This document shows positions 19,108 through 29,426 of a stretch of 64,000 nucleotides of DNA, one piece after another; positions within the stretch are counted from its first letter, which is position 1, and each line of letters starts with the position of its first letter. Source of the stretch: Oscillospiraceae bacterium (GTDB lineage Bacteria; Bacillota; Clostridia; Oscillospirales; Acutalibacteraceae); NCBI GenBank assembly GCA_022508805.1, contig JAFLUM010000002.1:115394-179393 (forward strand), in the 5' to 3' direction. The position numbers and the translations under genes were made by a program. The notes below the pieces were generated by a model that was not told where the DNA came from, did no database searches, and worked only from the letters and a program-made list of their open reading frames with translations.

Positions 19108-20070
19108 TTAGATGGATATTTCAAGAGCTACACGGTACTGCTCTAAATCAAGGGTCTTTTTCATACTGAGCGCTTCAAAAATGTCAAAATCAACGATTTC
19201 GTCCTTTTGCATAGCAACGACTCTGTTACCCTTACCCTCACTTAAAAGGCGTACGGCTCTGCTGCCCATATGACTGGCGGCTACTCTGTCACGCACGGTG
19301 GGAGATCCGCCGCGCTGAACATGACCGAGAATGGTAGCTCTGGATTCAACGCCAGTCTCCTCCGTAATACGCTTGACCATTTCGTCAACACCGCCGACAC
19401 CTTCGGCTACAACAATAATAAAATGCTTTTTACCTGTTTTTTGCGTTCTTATCATTCTGTCGATAACGTCACGTTGGAAATCGTATTCGATCTCGGGAAT
19501 AAGTATTGCCGTTGCACCCGAAGCAATACCCGCGTTGAGCGCAATATATCCCGCGTGTCTGCCCATAACCTCAACTACAGAGCAACGGTCGTGGGATTCA
19601 GTGGTATCGCGAAGTCTGTCGACCATTTCAAGTACAGTGTTCATTGCAGTATCATAACCGATGGTATAATCACAGCAAGCAATGTCGTTGTCTATTGTCC
19701 CGGGAATACCGACACAGGGAAGACCGCGAAGAGACAAATCTCTTGCTCCCCTAAAAGAACCGTCGCCGCCAATGACGACAAGACCGTCCATACCTACCTC
19801 TTTAGCGACACTCAACGCCTTTTGGAGACCCTCTTCAGTTTTGAATTCGGGGCTTCTTGCAGAGTAAAGTATTGTTCCGCCGCGATTGATGATATTCGAA
19901 ACACTGCGAAGGTTCATCTCATACATATCGCCCTGCATAAGTCCGTTATAGCCTCTTCTGATGCCCATAACGCGCATACCGTTTTCACAGCCCGAACGCA
20001 CAACAGCACGGATCGCCGCATTCATTCCCGGCGCATCTCCGCCGCTTGTAAGAACACCTATAGTTTTCAT
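19108..20070 (-). CDS. pfkA: ATP-dependent 6-phosphofructokinase
   Basis: GVLTSGGDAPGMNAAIR, GGDGS and PGTIDND motifs are present. Confidence 0.95.
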   Translation of the reverse strand: MKTIGVLTSGGDAPGMNAAIRAVVRSGCENGMRVMGIRRGYNGLMQGDMYEMNLRSVSNIINRGGTILYSARSPEFKTEEGLQKALSVAKEVGMDGLVVIGGDGSFRGARDLSLRGLPCVGIPGTIDNDIACCDYTIGYDTAMNTVLEMVDRLRDTTESHDRCSVVEVMGRHAGYIALNAGIASGATAILIPEIEYDFQRDVIDRMIRTQKTGKKHFIIVVAEGVGGVDEMVKRITEETGVESRATILGHVQRGGSPTVRDRVAASHMGSRAVRLLSEGKGNRVVAMQKDEIVDFDIFEALSMKKTLDLEQYRVALEISI

Positions 20071-20159
20071 TTTATCACCTTTTGGAAATAATTATCTTTA
20101 AATTTTGTTTGAGCCTATATATTACCACACCGAAAATAAAAATGCAAGCAATAGAACAA

Positions 20160-23100
20160 CTATTCTTGAAGTATTACGTTTTTTTCGCCGATAATTTTTT
20201 TAAGTTCTGTAAGCAATGTGTCATTTACGGAGATTTTTTTAGACGGAAAATACTTTTTACTGTTTGCAAAGTAAAAATACATAGGCACATCACCGCTCCT
20301 GCAATTCAATGTTAAATAATCCGTACAGGATTTATATGCTCCTGAGGTATCGCTCTCAAATCTTAGGAAAAGTCCCGTTCTGCGTACAGTCTTATCCTTT
20401 ATACTCTCGGCAGTTTCTGCGTAATCAAGTATTATCTTTGGAGCTTCGTCCTCACGCACGGAAAGCCTGCCGCCTATGAGCACCGCCGTTCCGTTATTAA
20501 AAGTATTCATATATTTTACAAAAAGCTTTGGGAAAACTATTACCTCAATACCGCCGTATACATCCTCAACGTTTAAAAAAGCCATAGTTTCGCCGCTTTT
20601 TGTCTGTTTTCGGGTAATACCGTCGATTATTCCCATTATTTTTACCCCTGCCGAATCACCATATCCGCTGTCATTATCACTATCGGCATTTAATATGTCG
20701 CCGATCCTGTCGCATTTAAGCTTTTCGGATAAAGCTGCGTACTGCTCCATCGGATGGGAGGAAATGTAAAGTCCGGTTGTCTCTTTTTCCATAACAAGCA
20801 GTTCGTGAGTGCCGAGCTCATCACACGGCTTCATTGAATAGCCGCTTTCGGCACTTCCGCCGAGAAGATCGAACAGTCCTATTTGACCCTCTAAATTTCG
20901 CCGTCTGCCGTCGTCAAGCTCATCAATAATAAACGGAAGATTTACGAGCATCTCGTGTCTGTTTGAGCCGAGTCCGTCAAGGGCACCGCTTTTTATAAGG
21001 CTCTCAACAGCACGTCTGTTAAACCCCTTACCGTAAACGCGTTTGCAGAAAGAATAAAATGAAGTAAATCCACCGTTTTTCTCACGCTCGGCAATTATCG
21101 CGTCAATAAAATCGTGACCGAGATTTTTAATTGCCAGGAGACCGAACATTATTGCTCTGTCACCGTTATCAAGCGCTGTAAAGCTCTTCATACTGTAATT
21201 AACATTGGGAGAAAGGATTTTTATATTATTTTTTTTGCAGTCCTCAATATATCCTGCAACCTTTGAGGAGTTATCAAGCACACTGGTAAGAAGTGATGCC
21301 ATAAATTCGCAAGGGTAATATCTTTTCAAATATGCAGTTCTGTATGCCACAAGGGCATATGCCGCGGCGTGGGACTTATTAAAGGCGTAGGATGCAAAAG
21401 AGGACATATCGTCAAAAATGTTATTCGCGATCTCACGGCTTATACCGTTTTTAGCGGCGCCCTCGCAGAAATATCCGCGTTCCTCCTCCATAACCTTGTG
21501 CTTTTTCTTGGACATTGCGCGGCGCACGATATCGGCTCTGCCGAGTGAATAGCCTGCAAGTGTGCGGAATATCTGCATAACCTGCTCTTGGTAGACCATG
21601 CAACCGTATGTGACATTAAGAATATCCTTTAAAAGCGGCGTTTTGTATCTGATATACTGCGGATTATGACGGTTCTGAATATAAGTGTCGATGGAATCCA
21701 TCGGTCCGGGACGGTAAAGCGAAATAACGGCTATAATATCCTCAAGGTTCGTAGGCTTAAGGCGTATAAAAACGCTTCTCATACCTGCGGATTCGCACTG
21801 AAAAACGCCGTCCGTCTGTCCTGAGGAAAAGAGTGCGAATACGTTTTTGTCGTCAAGCGGAATTTTATCAATATCAAAATCGGGAGTCTTTTTTTGAACC
21901 ATCTGAACGCAGTCGTTTATAACGGTCAGCGTTCTGAGCCCAAGAAAATCCATTTTTAAAAGTCCCAATTCCTCAATGGTGGTCATAGTGAACTGGGTGA
22001 CAACCGACTCGTCATTGCGGGCAAGGGGAACGTAATCGCTGACGGGTCTGTCGGTAATAACTATGCCCGCCGCGTGAGTTGATGCGTGCCGCGGCATACC
22101 CTCAACGCTTTTTGCGGTGTCGATAAGGGCTTTTATTCGATCATCACTGTCATAAACAGCTTTCAGCTCGTCACTCTCGTTTAGGGCTTTCTCAATAGTC
22201 ATACCTATTGTGCGCGGTATCTTTTTCGCAACGCTGTCGACTGTTCCGTATGGCAGTCCCATAGCTCTGCCGACGTCGCGTATCGCCGCTCTCGCCGCCA
22301 TAGTACCAAACGTGACTATCTGTGCCACGTGATCAGCACCGTATTTATTTATAACGTAATCAATGACCTCTCCCCTGCGCTCATAGCAAAAGTCCACATC
22401 AATATCGGGCATACTGACACGTTCGGGGTTGAGAAATCTTTCAAAAATCAAGTTGTATTTTATGGGGTCGATATTAGTAATGCCTGTGCAGTAGGCGCAA
22501 ATACTCCCTGCTCCTGAGCCTCGTCCCGGACCGACGGGAATACCGTTGTCGCGGGCATACCCTATAAAGTCAGATACAATAAGGAAATAATCCACATATC
22601 CCATATCACGGATAACGGAAAGCTCGTACAGGAGGCGGTCAACGTAAGATTTATCGGGGTTTTCACCGTATCTCGCGACAAGACCGCGATAACATTTTTC
22701 CCGTAAATAATCGTAATGGGACTGACCGTTCGGCACGTCAAAATTGGGAAGTTTAGTTTTTCCGAATTCAAAATCAAAGCAGCACATATCGGCGATTTTC
22801 TGCGTGTTCTCGAGAGCCTCGGGAACGTATCCGAAAAGAGCCGACATTTCGTCCTCAGTCTTTAAATAAAAGTTATCGCTTTCAAATTCGAGTGCATTTT
22901 CTTCGTCAACAGTACGGTTAGTGGCGATGCAGATAAGTATTTTTTGGGTGTTCGCATCACTGCGGTCGATATAATGAACGTCATTAGTGGCAACGAGAGG
23001 GATCCCCGTCTCCTTAGAAAGGCGCAAAAGCCCATCGTTTACTCTAAGTTGCTCAGGCATTCCGTGATTTTGCAATTCAAGATAAAAATTACCCTCACCG

Positions 23101-23594
23101 AAAAGCTCATAATACCAAAGAGCTGTCTTTTTGGCAGAATTATAGTCGGAATTGAGTATTGCTTTAGGTATCTCGCCTGCAAGACAGGCAGAGAGCGCTA
23201 TAAGTCCCTCGTGATACTCACAGAGCAATTCTCGGTCGATACGCGGCTTGGTGTAAAATCCGTCCACCCACGCAGAGGAAACCATTTTTATAAGATTTTT
23301 ATATCCCGTTTCATTTTTGCAAAGCAAGACGAGATGATGGCGGTCCGAATCGACGCCGTGGACCTTATCAAAGCGCGAACGCGCCGCAACGTACACCTCA
23401 CAGCCGATTATCGGCTTGATACCGTGCTTTTTCGCGGCTTTATAAAAATCGACCGCGCCGAATAAATTTCCGTGGTCGGTAATGGCGATTGCATTTTGTC
23501 CCCGTTCCTTTGCAGCAGCACAAAGCCTGTCCAGACGGCAAACACCGTCCAGCAGGCTGTACTCAGTATGAACGTGAAGGTGGACAAAAGACAT
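20160..23594 (-). CDS. dnaE: DNA polymerase III alpha subunit
   Basis: An 1144-aa protein with a PHP N-terminus (HLHVHTEYSLLDG), the polymerase core and a C-terminal OB region. Confidence 0.97.
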   Translation of the reverse strand: MSFVHLHVHTEYSLLDGVCRLDRLCAAAKERGQNAIAITDHGNLFGAVDFYKAAKKHGIKPIIGCEVYVAARSRFDKVHGVDSDRHHLVLLCKNETGYKNLIKMVSSAWVDGFYTKPRIDRELLCEYHEGLIALSACLAGEIPKAILNSDYNSAKKTALWYYELFGEGNFYLELQNHGMPEQLRVNDGLLRLSKETGIPLVATNDVHYIDRSDANTQKILICIATNRTVDEENALEFESDNFYLKTEDEMSALFGYVPEALENTQKIADMCCFDFEFGKTKLPNFDVPNGQSHYDYLREKCYRGLVARYGENPDKSYVDRLLYELSVIRDMGYVDYFLIVSDFIGYARDNGIPVGPGRGSGAGSICAYCTGITNIDPIKYNLIFERFLNPERVSMPDIDVDFCYERRGEVIDYVINKYGADHVAQIVTFGTMAARAAIRDVGRAMGLPYGTVDSVAKKIPRTIGMTIEKALNESDELKAVYDSDDRIKALIDTAKSVEGMPRHASTHAAGIVITDRPVSDYVPLARNDESVVTQFTMTTIEELGLLKMDFLGLRTLTVINDCVQMVQKKTPDFDIDKIPLDDKNVFALFSSGQTDGVFQCESAGMRSVFIRLKPTNLEDIIAVISLYRPGPMDSIDTYIQNRHNPQYIRYKTPLLKDILNVTYGCMVYQEQVMQIFRTLAGYSLGRADIVRRAMSKKKHKVMEEERGYFCEGAAKNGISREIANNIFDDMSSFASYAFNKSHAAAYALVAYRTAYLKRYYPCEFMASLLTSVLDNSSKVAGYIEDCKKNNIKILSPNVNYSMKSFTALDNGDRAIMFGLLAIKNLGHDFIDAIIAEREKNGGFTSFYSFCKRVYGKGFNRRAVESLIKSGALDGLGSNRHEMLVNLPFIIDELDDGRRRNLEGQIGLFDLLGGSAESGYSMKPCDELGTHELLVMEKETTGLYISSHPMEQYAALSEKLKCDRIGDILNADSDNDSGYGDSAGVKIMGIIDGITRKQTKSGETMAFLNVEDVYGGIEVIVFPKLFVKYMNTFNNGTAVLIGGRLSVREDEAPKIILDYAETAESIKDKTVRRTGLFLRFESDTSGAYKSCTDYLTLNCRSGDVPMYFYFANSKKYFPSKKISVNDTLLTELKKIIGEKNVILQE

Positions 23595-23788
23595 CTCTCT
23601 ACCTCAAAAGTAGGCATTGATTAATTATAGTGTACAGATTGCGTAGTCAGATTTTTCGTCAGATTGTATAAAGTTGCCGCAGGCATACTGTCGTATGTCA
23701 AGGTAGATTTGTGCAAGATGGCGGAAAATATGCACGCAAGGTGTGCACTAAGGCATCAGCCGGTAATTAATCATTGACTACCAATAAT

Positions 23789-25060
23789 TTACTCAGTTAC
23801 TTTTTTATAAAAATCAAAGCAGTCAAAGGTTCTGAAATAATCCTCGGGAGTTTCCGCACGGCGGATAAGCTCAAAAGAGCCGTCCTCTTTTAAAAGTATC
23901 TCGGCTGATTTTAATTTACCGTTATAATTATAGCCCATTGCAAAGCCGTGGGCACCTGTATCGTGAATATATATAAGGTCGCCCATATCAACCTTCGGCA
24001 ACATTCTGTCTATTGCAAATTTGTCGTTATTCTCGCAAAGTGAGCCTGTAACGTCATATTTGTAATCACAGGGCTCGTTTTCCTTGCCCATTACGGTGAT
24101 ATGATGATATGCACCGTACATAGCCGGACGCATAAGATTTACTGCACAGGCGTCAACGCCGATATACTCCTTATGCGTGTGCTTTTGGTTTATAGCCCTT
24201 GTCACAAGAGCGCCGTAGGGACCCATCATAAATCTGCCCAGCTCTGTGTATATAGCTACATCGTCCATTCCTGCGGGAACAAGAACCCTGTCATATACCG
24301 ATCGAACTCCGTTGCCTATTTCAAATATATCGTTGGGAGTTTGGTCGGGTCTGTAGGGAATTCCAATTCCGCCCGAAAGATTTATGAATGTTATATGGGC
24401 ACCCGTCCCATTTTTAAGTTTTACAGCTACTTCAAAAAGAGTTTTTGCGAGGGTGGGATAATATTCGTTAGTGACAGTATTGCTTGCAAGGAAAGCGTGA
24501 ATTCCGAATTCCTCAACGCCCTTTGATTTAAGGATTTTAAACGCCTCAAAAAGCTGCTCGGTGGTCATACCGTATTTTGCATCGCCCGGATTATCCATAA
24601 TACTGTTTGAAATTTTGAAAAGCCCTCCGGGATTGTAGCGGCAAGAAAGTTTTTTCGGCAGCTTGCCGAGAGTTTTTTCAAGTATGTCGATATGCGTAAT
24701 ATCGTCGAGATTGATTATTGCCCCCATATCATTAGCATATTTGAATTCTGATGCAGGAGTATCATTAGACGAGAACATCACATCGTCGCCTACAGCACCG
24801 ATAGCTTTCGAGAGCATAAGCTCTGTAACGGACGAACAGTCACAGCCGCATCCGTATTCACGCAGTATTTTTATAAGGAAAGGATTTGGAGTTGCTTTGA
24901 CAGCAAAATATTCCTTAAAGCCTTTGTTCCACGAAAAGGCTTTTTTTAAATTTTCAGCGTTTTTGCGGATCCCGGTCTCGTCATAGATATGAAAGGGCGT
25001 GGGATATACAACCGCTATTTCCTCTAATTTTTCTTTTGTAGTAAAAGGTGTCTTACTCAT
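23789..25060 (-). CDS. lysA: diaminopimelate decarboxylase (PLP, Orn/DAP/Arg decarboxylase fold)
   Basis: PLP-lysine context YFAVKATPNP, a glycine-rich GGGIGI loop and CENND near the C-terminus. Confidence 0.88.
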   Translation of the reverse strand: MSKTPFTTKEKLEEIAVVYPTPFHIYDETGIRKNAENLKKAFSWNKGFKEYFAVKATPNPFLIKILREYGCGCDCSSVTELMLSKAIGAVGDDVMFSSNDTPASEFKYANDMGAIINLDDITHIDILEKTLGKLPKKLSCRYNPGGLFKISNSIMDNPGDAKYGMTTEQLFEAFKILKSKGVEEFGIHAFLASNTVTNEYYPTLAKTLFEVAVKLKNGTGAHITFINLSGGIGIPYRPDQTPNDIFEIGNGVRSVYDRVLVPAGMDDVAIYTELGRFMMGPYGALVTRAINQKHTHKEYIGVDACAVNLMRPAMYGAYHHITVMGKENEPCDYKYDVTGSLCENNDKFAIDRMLPKVDMGDLIYIHDTGAHGFAMGYNYNGKLKSAEILLKEDGSFELIRRAETPEDYFRTFDCFDFYKKVTE

Positions 25061-25062
25061 TT

Positions 25063-25647
25063 TTATTCTCCGACATATTGGTCAATATATTTTTTTACCG
25101 TATCCGTGCCCTCGCCGCTGACGGAAGAAAAGGGGATCAACCTATCAGCGGGGACAAAATCAAGCTCTTTTTTTACGCTTTCCATACGAGCGGCGTATTC
25201 AGATTTTTTCAGCTTATCGCTTTTAGTCATCGCCACAATAAAGTCATAACCCGAATCCCGTAAAAACTCCATCATCATAATATCGTCCTTTGTGGGCGGA
25301 TGGCGCATATCCACAAGCTGAACAACAAGCTTTATATTCCTGCCTGAGCTGAAATACGCTTCCATTAGCTCTGACCACCGCATTTTTTCGGATTTTGAGA
25401 CTTTAGCATAACCGTAACCGGGCAGATCGACAAAATTAACGTCACCCACACCGTAAAAATTCACTGTGACGGTTTTTCCGGGAACGGAGCTGACGCGTGC
25501 CAAGGATTTTCGCATAAACAGCTTATTAAGCAACGAGCTTTTTCCCACATTTGACCGTCCTGCAAAGGCGATTTCGGGAATCTCTGAAGGCGGAAGCTGT
25601 GAGGACGTTCCGTATGCACTTTTAAATTCTGCTTTATCGTATCTCAT
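25063..25647 (-). CDS. engB: ribosome biogenesis GTP-binding protein YsxC/EngB
   Basis: G1 motif GRSNVGKSSLLN, DLPGYG and TKSDK motifs. The position after lon is conserved. Confidence 0.92.
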   Translation of the reverse strand: MRYDKAEFKSAYGTSSQLPPSEIPEIAFAGRSNVGKSSLLNKLFMRKSLARVSSVPGKTVTVNFYGVGDVNFVDLPGYGYAKVSKSEKMRWSELMEAYFSSGRNIKLVVQLVDMRHPPTKDDIMMMEFLRDSGYDFIVAMTKSDKLKKSEYAARMESVKKELDFVPADRLIPFSSVSGEGTDTVKKYIDQYVGE

Positions 25648-25656
25648 ATCTGCTCC

Positions 25657-28008
25657 TCATACCAACGCCGCTTTCAGAACGTCGTCACCTGTTGACGCAA
25701 TAACAAATTTAATGCTTTCTTTGACCTTATCATCCACTTTTTCAAGATCGCTTTCATTGGCGGAGGGAATAATAACAGTTTTTATACCCTCGACATAAGC
25801 CGCCATAGTCTTTTCTCTGAGTCCGCCGATTGGCAGAACACGCCCCGTTATTGTTATCTCGCCTGTCATTGCCACATCGGAGCGTACCTTGCAGCCCGAC
25901 AATGCGGAAACAAGAGCAGTAAAGACCGTTACACCTGCCGACGGACCGTCTTTGGGAACGGCTCCTTCAGGGAAATGTATATGAATATCCTTATCTTTAT
26001 AGAAATCCTTATCTATCCTGTATTTTTCAGCGTTAGCTCTGATAAAGGTCAGCGCCGCTTTTGCAGATTCCTTGATTACGTCACCGAGTGAGCCTGTAAG
26101 CTCCAGCTTGCCGCTACCGTCCATAACGGCTACCTCAACCGTGAGCATAGTTCCGCCCACCGATGTGTACGCCAAGCCGTTGACAACGCCGATTTGATTT
26201 TCTCTCGAAATATCATCGGGCTTATATTTTGCCGCACCGAGGTATTTTTCCAGGTCTGTGTCCTTTACGGATATTTTTCCGTCATATCCTTTTGCATATT
26301 CGACTGCTATTCTGCGGAGGACTGTCGAAACGGTTCTTTCAAGTGTACGAACTCCCGCCTCTTTAGTATATCCGCTGATGATACTTTTCAGCGCTTTATC
26401 GGTAAATCTGACGTTTGTTCTTTTGAGTCCGTTTGCCTTGGTCTGCTTTGGTACAAGATGCTTTTTGGCAATATTGAACTTTTCCTCATGGGTGTAGCCC
26501 GGCAAATCGATTATTTCCATTCTGTCCAAGAGCGGTGCCGGAATACGGTTCTTATCGTTGGCGGTCGTAACAAATAAAACCTTGCTTAAATCATAAGGGA
26601 TTTCAAGATAATGGTCGCAAAAAGCGTTGTTCTGCTCAGCATCGAGAACCTCAAGCAGCGCCGACGACGGATCACCGCGGTTGTCGCTGCCGAGCTTGTC
26701 CACCTCGTCAAGAAGAATAAGGGGATTTGAGCTTTTGGCGCTCTCAATAGCTTCGATTATTCTTCCCGGCATTGAGCCTATGTAGGTTTTTCTGTGTCCC
26801 CTTATATCAGCCTCGTCACGAACTCCGCCAAGGGAGATACGAGCATAATTTTTGCCCAATGCACGGGCAAGTGACTTGGCGATAGAGGTCTTGCCTACTC
26901 CGGGAGGTCCTGCAAGGCAGATGATCTGACCGCGTACATCGGGATTCATTTTTCTGACCGCAATATATTCGATTATTCTTTTCTTAACATCTGCAAGACC
27001 GTAGTGATCCTTATCGAGCACAGCCTCGGCATTTTCAATATCGAGGTTATCCTCGGTAAAGGTATTCCACGGAAGTGACACGATTTTATCAAGATAATTC
27101 CTGATAACAGCCGATTCCGGACTTGATGACTGCATTTTCATCAGTCTGTCGCATTCCTTTAAAAGCTTTTTCTCTGTATCCGCATTAAAGCCTATTGCAC
27201 GTATTTTTTCACGGTAATTTTCCGCCTCGGATATGGCGCTGTCGCCGTCATTTAATTCCTCGGAGATAGCCTTTAACTGCTCACGCAGATAATAATCCCG
27301 CTGGTTTTCGTCCATCTGCTCCTGTACTTTTTCGTTTATCTGCTCCTCAATGGTGAGAAGCTCTATCTCCCGCGTGAGAATGACGCAAAGTCTTTCGGCG
27401 CGTCTTAACGGGTCAAGTTCTTCCAAAAGCTGCTGCTTTACGGAATAGTCAATGGAGATATTTGACAGGATATAATCCGTTATTTCTGCGGCCTCTTTGC
27501 GCACGGAAACACCTATCGTCACATCGGGGGGAAGCTTTGGGATAAAATATGAGTAGCTTTCAAAGGTCTCCACAAGGCTGCGAACAAGAGCCTGCTCGTA
27601 CATTTTGTCTTTGCTTTCTACCTTTTCGGTATCAATTCTGTGAACGATCGCCGAAAGATAAGGATTTGCAGAATTAATATGCAAAAGTTCTGCACGGTAA
27701 AGACCGTATACAACAACACGCAGAGTATCAGTCCCGGGCAGCTTGATGACCTGCTTTACCTCGCAAACGACGCCCATATTATAAAGATCGTCGGTCCGCG
27801 GGTCGTCACATTCCATATCGACCTGTGCGGCTAAAAATATATTTGTTTTCTTTTCCATGGCGGCTCTGATAGCGCGGACGGATTTTTGCCTGCCCACGTC
27901 AAAATGCAGTGTCATTTCGGGGAAAATTACCAATCCTCTAAGCGCCACCATAGGCATTGAAAAGCTTTTTTCGTAGAATTCCTTTATATGCAAATTATTG
28001 TTTTCCAT
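25657..28008 (-). CDS. lon: ATP-dependent Lon protease (LonA)
   Basis: N-terminal LON domain, Walker [10 protein letters not shown] and catalytic PKDGPSAG. Confidence 0.97.
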   Translation of the reverse strand: MENNNLHIKEFYEKSFSMPMVALRGLVIFPEMTLHFDVGRQKSVRAIRAAMEKKTNIFLAAQVDMECDDPRTDDLYNMGVVCEVKQVIKLPGTDTLRVVVYGLYRAELLHINSANPYLSAIVHRIDTEKVESKDKMYEQALVRSLVETFESYSYFIPKLPPDVTIGVSVRKEAAEITDYILSNISIDYSVKQQLLEELDPLRRAERLCVILTREIELLTIEEQINEKVQEQMDENQRDYYLREQLKAISEELNDGDSAISEAENYREKIRAIGFNADTEKKLLKECDRLMKMQSSSPESAVIRNYLDKIVSLPWNTFTEDNLDIENAEAVLDKDHYGLADVKKRIIEYIAVRKMNPDVRGQIICLAGPPGVGKTSIAKSLARALGKNYARISLGGVRDEADIRGHRKTYIGSMPGRIIEAIESAKSSNPLILLDEVDKLGSDNRGDPSSALLEVLDAEQNNAFCDHYLEIPYDLSKVLFVTTANDKNRIPAPLLDRMEIIDLPGYTHEEKFNIAKKHLVPKQTKANGLKRTNVRFTDKALKSIISGYTKEAGVRTLERTVSTVLRRIAVEYAKGYDGKISVKDTDLEKYLGAAKYKPDDISRENQIGVVNGLAYTSVGGTMLTVEVAVMDGSGKLELTGSLGDVIKESAKAALTFIRANAEKYRIDKDFYKDKDIHIHFPEGAVPKDGPSAGVTVFTALVSALSGCKVRSDVAMTGEITITGRVLPIGGLREKTMAAYVEGIKTVIIPSANESDLEKVDDKVKESIKFVIASTGDDVLKAALV

Positions 28009-28037
28009 TTTAGTTTATATCACTCCTATTATAAAGA

Positions 28038-28066
28038 ATTATATAATAAATTCTGTCGCACTGCAA
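28038..28066 (-). promoter_or_regulatory. candidate sigma-A promoter of lon (TTGCAG-17-TATAAT)
   Basis: The minus strand reads TTGCAG (plus 28061-28066), a 17-nt spacer, then TATAAT (plus 28038-28043). Confidence 0.35.
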
Positions 28067-28186
28067 GAATACGGACAATATTTTTTGATTTTTTGTTGAT
28101 TTGCCCGACTTTGTTAATTTTCTTTACAATTTTATTGTTGAAAACAGGAAAAATCGCATAAACATTGTTATCTTTTTGTCAATTTG

Positions 28187-28215
28187 TTGATTTAGGCGGT
28201 TCCTTTTGGTATAAT
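28187..28215 (+). promoter_or_regulatory. candidate sigma-A promoter of serC-serA (TTGATT-17-TGgTATAAT)
   Basis: TTGATT at 28187-28192 and an extended -10 TGGTATAAT at 28207-28215. Confidence 0.5.
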
Positions 28216-28276
28216 TCTTCTCAATTGCTCGTATAGAAATAGTGTAAGAATACATATATTTACTCACCGAGCGAAA

Positions 28277-28318
28277 ACACAGCGCGTAACAGGCAAATAA
28301 GTGTGCTGTGTATTTTTG
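28277..28318 (+). promoter_or_regulatory. terminator-like hairpin in serC leader (possible attenuator)
   Basis: ACACAGCGC (28277-28285) pairs with GTGCTGTGT (28303-28311), with one G.U, followed by ATTTTT running into the GGAGG SD at 28318-28322. Confidence 0.35.
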
Positions 28319-28329
28319 GAGGTAATACA

Positions 28330-29412
28330 ATGGCAAGAGTTTACAATTTTTCGGCAGGTCCGTCAATGCTGCCCGAAGAGGTGCTTAAAAAGGCGGCGGC
28401 TGAGATGCTTGATTATGAAGGCAGCGGTCAGTCCGTAATGGAAATGAGCCACCGTTCAAAGGTCTATGACAGCATTATCAAGGGTGCCGAACAGCTTCTT
28501 AGAGAGCTTATGAATATACCCGACAATTATAAGGTACTGTTTTTGCAGGGCGGTGCATCAACGCAGTTTGCGGCAATTCCTCTTAACTTTATGAACAAAA
28601 GTAAAAAAGCTGATTTCGTAATAACAGGTCAGTGGGCCAAAAAGGCGTATCAAGAGGCAAATAAATACGGCGAGTGCAATGTTGTTGCTTCATCGGCAGA
28701 TAAGACATTTTCTTATATTCCCAAGCTGGATAAATCCACTTTTACAAAAGATGCAGATTATTTCTATATCTGTATGAATAACACTATTTACGGCACTGTG
28801 TATCACGAACTCCCCGACACAGGTGATGTTCCGCTTATTGCCGATATTTCATCATGCTTTTTATCAGAGCCTATCGACGTTTCTAAATTTGCAATGGTCT
28901 ACGGCGGTGCTCAGAAAAATGTTGCTCCCGCAGGGCTTACTATCTGCATAATACGTGAAGATATGCTCGGCAATGCAAGAGATACAACTCCTACAATGCT
29001 CAATTATCAAGTCCACGCCGATAACGATTCTCTTTACAACACCCCCCCCTGCTATACCATATACATCTGCAAGCTCGTTCTTGAATGGCTTAAGGATATG
29101 GGCGGACTTGGAGTTATGAAAGAGAGAAATGAAAAGAAAGCAAAGCTCTTGTACGATTTTCTTGATAACAGCAAGATGTTTAGAGGCACTGTCGTAAAAG
29201 AGGACCGCTCGCTGATGAACGTTCCCTTTGTAACTGACAGCGAAGAATTGAATGCCAAATTTATTAAAGAAGCGGCTGAGGCAGGTTTCGTAAACCTTAA
29301 AGGACACAGAACGGTCGGAGGCATGAGAGCCTCCATTTACAACGCAATGCCTGTTGAGGGTGTAGAAAAGCTGGTCAAGTTTATGGAGGAATTTGAAAAG
29401 ACAAATTCATAA
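28330..29412 (+). CDS. serC: phosphoserine aminotransferase
   Basis: The protein starts MARVYNFSAGPSMLPEEVL and is a class V aminotransferase. I moved the start to ATG 28330, after GGAGG. Confidence 0.95.
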   Translation: MARVYNFSAGPSMLPEEVLKKAAAEMLDYEGSGQSVMEMSHRSKVYDSIIKGAEQLLRELMNIPDNYKVLFLQGGASTQFAAIPLNFMNKSKKADFVITGQWAKKAYQEANKYGECNVVASSADKTFSYIPKLDKSTFTKDADYFYICMNNTIYGTVYHELPDTGDVPLIADISSCFLSEPIDVSKFAMVYGGAQKNVAPAGLTICIIREDMLGNARDTTPTMLNYQVHADNDSLYNTPPCYTIYICKLVLEWLKDMGGLGVMKERNEKKAKLLYDFLDNSKMFRGTVVKEDRSLMNVPFVTDSEELNAKFIKEAAEAGFVNLKGHRTVGGMRASIYNAMPVEGVEKLVKFMEEFEKTNS

Positions 29413-29426
29413 GGAGCAACAGGGAT

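Noticed and set aside
19270-20091. A 273-aa plus-strand ORF, plus a nested 108-aa ORF.
   Set aside because: Both are antisense to pfkA, whose motifs are unambiguous. This is a shadow ORF with no start context.
23595-23788. Calling the lysA-dnaE spacer a 6S (SsrS) RNA gene.
   Set aside because: A rod-like fold is possible, but the pairable unit is only about 156 nt. I cannot verify a central bubble or conserved 6S features by eye, and strand evidence rests on two wobble pairs. It is kept as a finding, not a feature.
28124-28366. An 80-aa minus-strand ORF in the lon-serC spacer.
   Set aside because: It spans the serC promoter, leader and start. It has no RBS and lies in AT-rich regulatory DNA.
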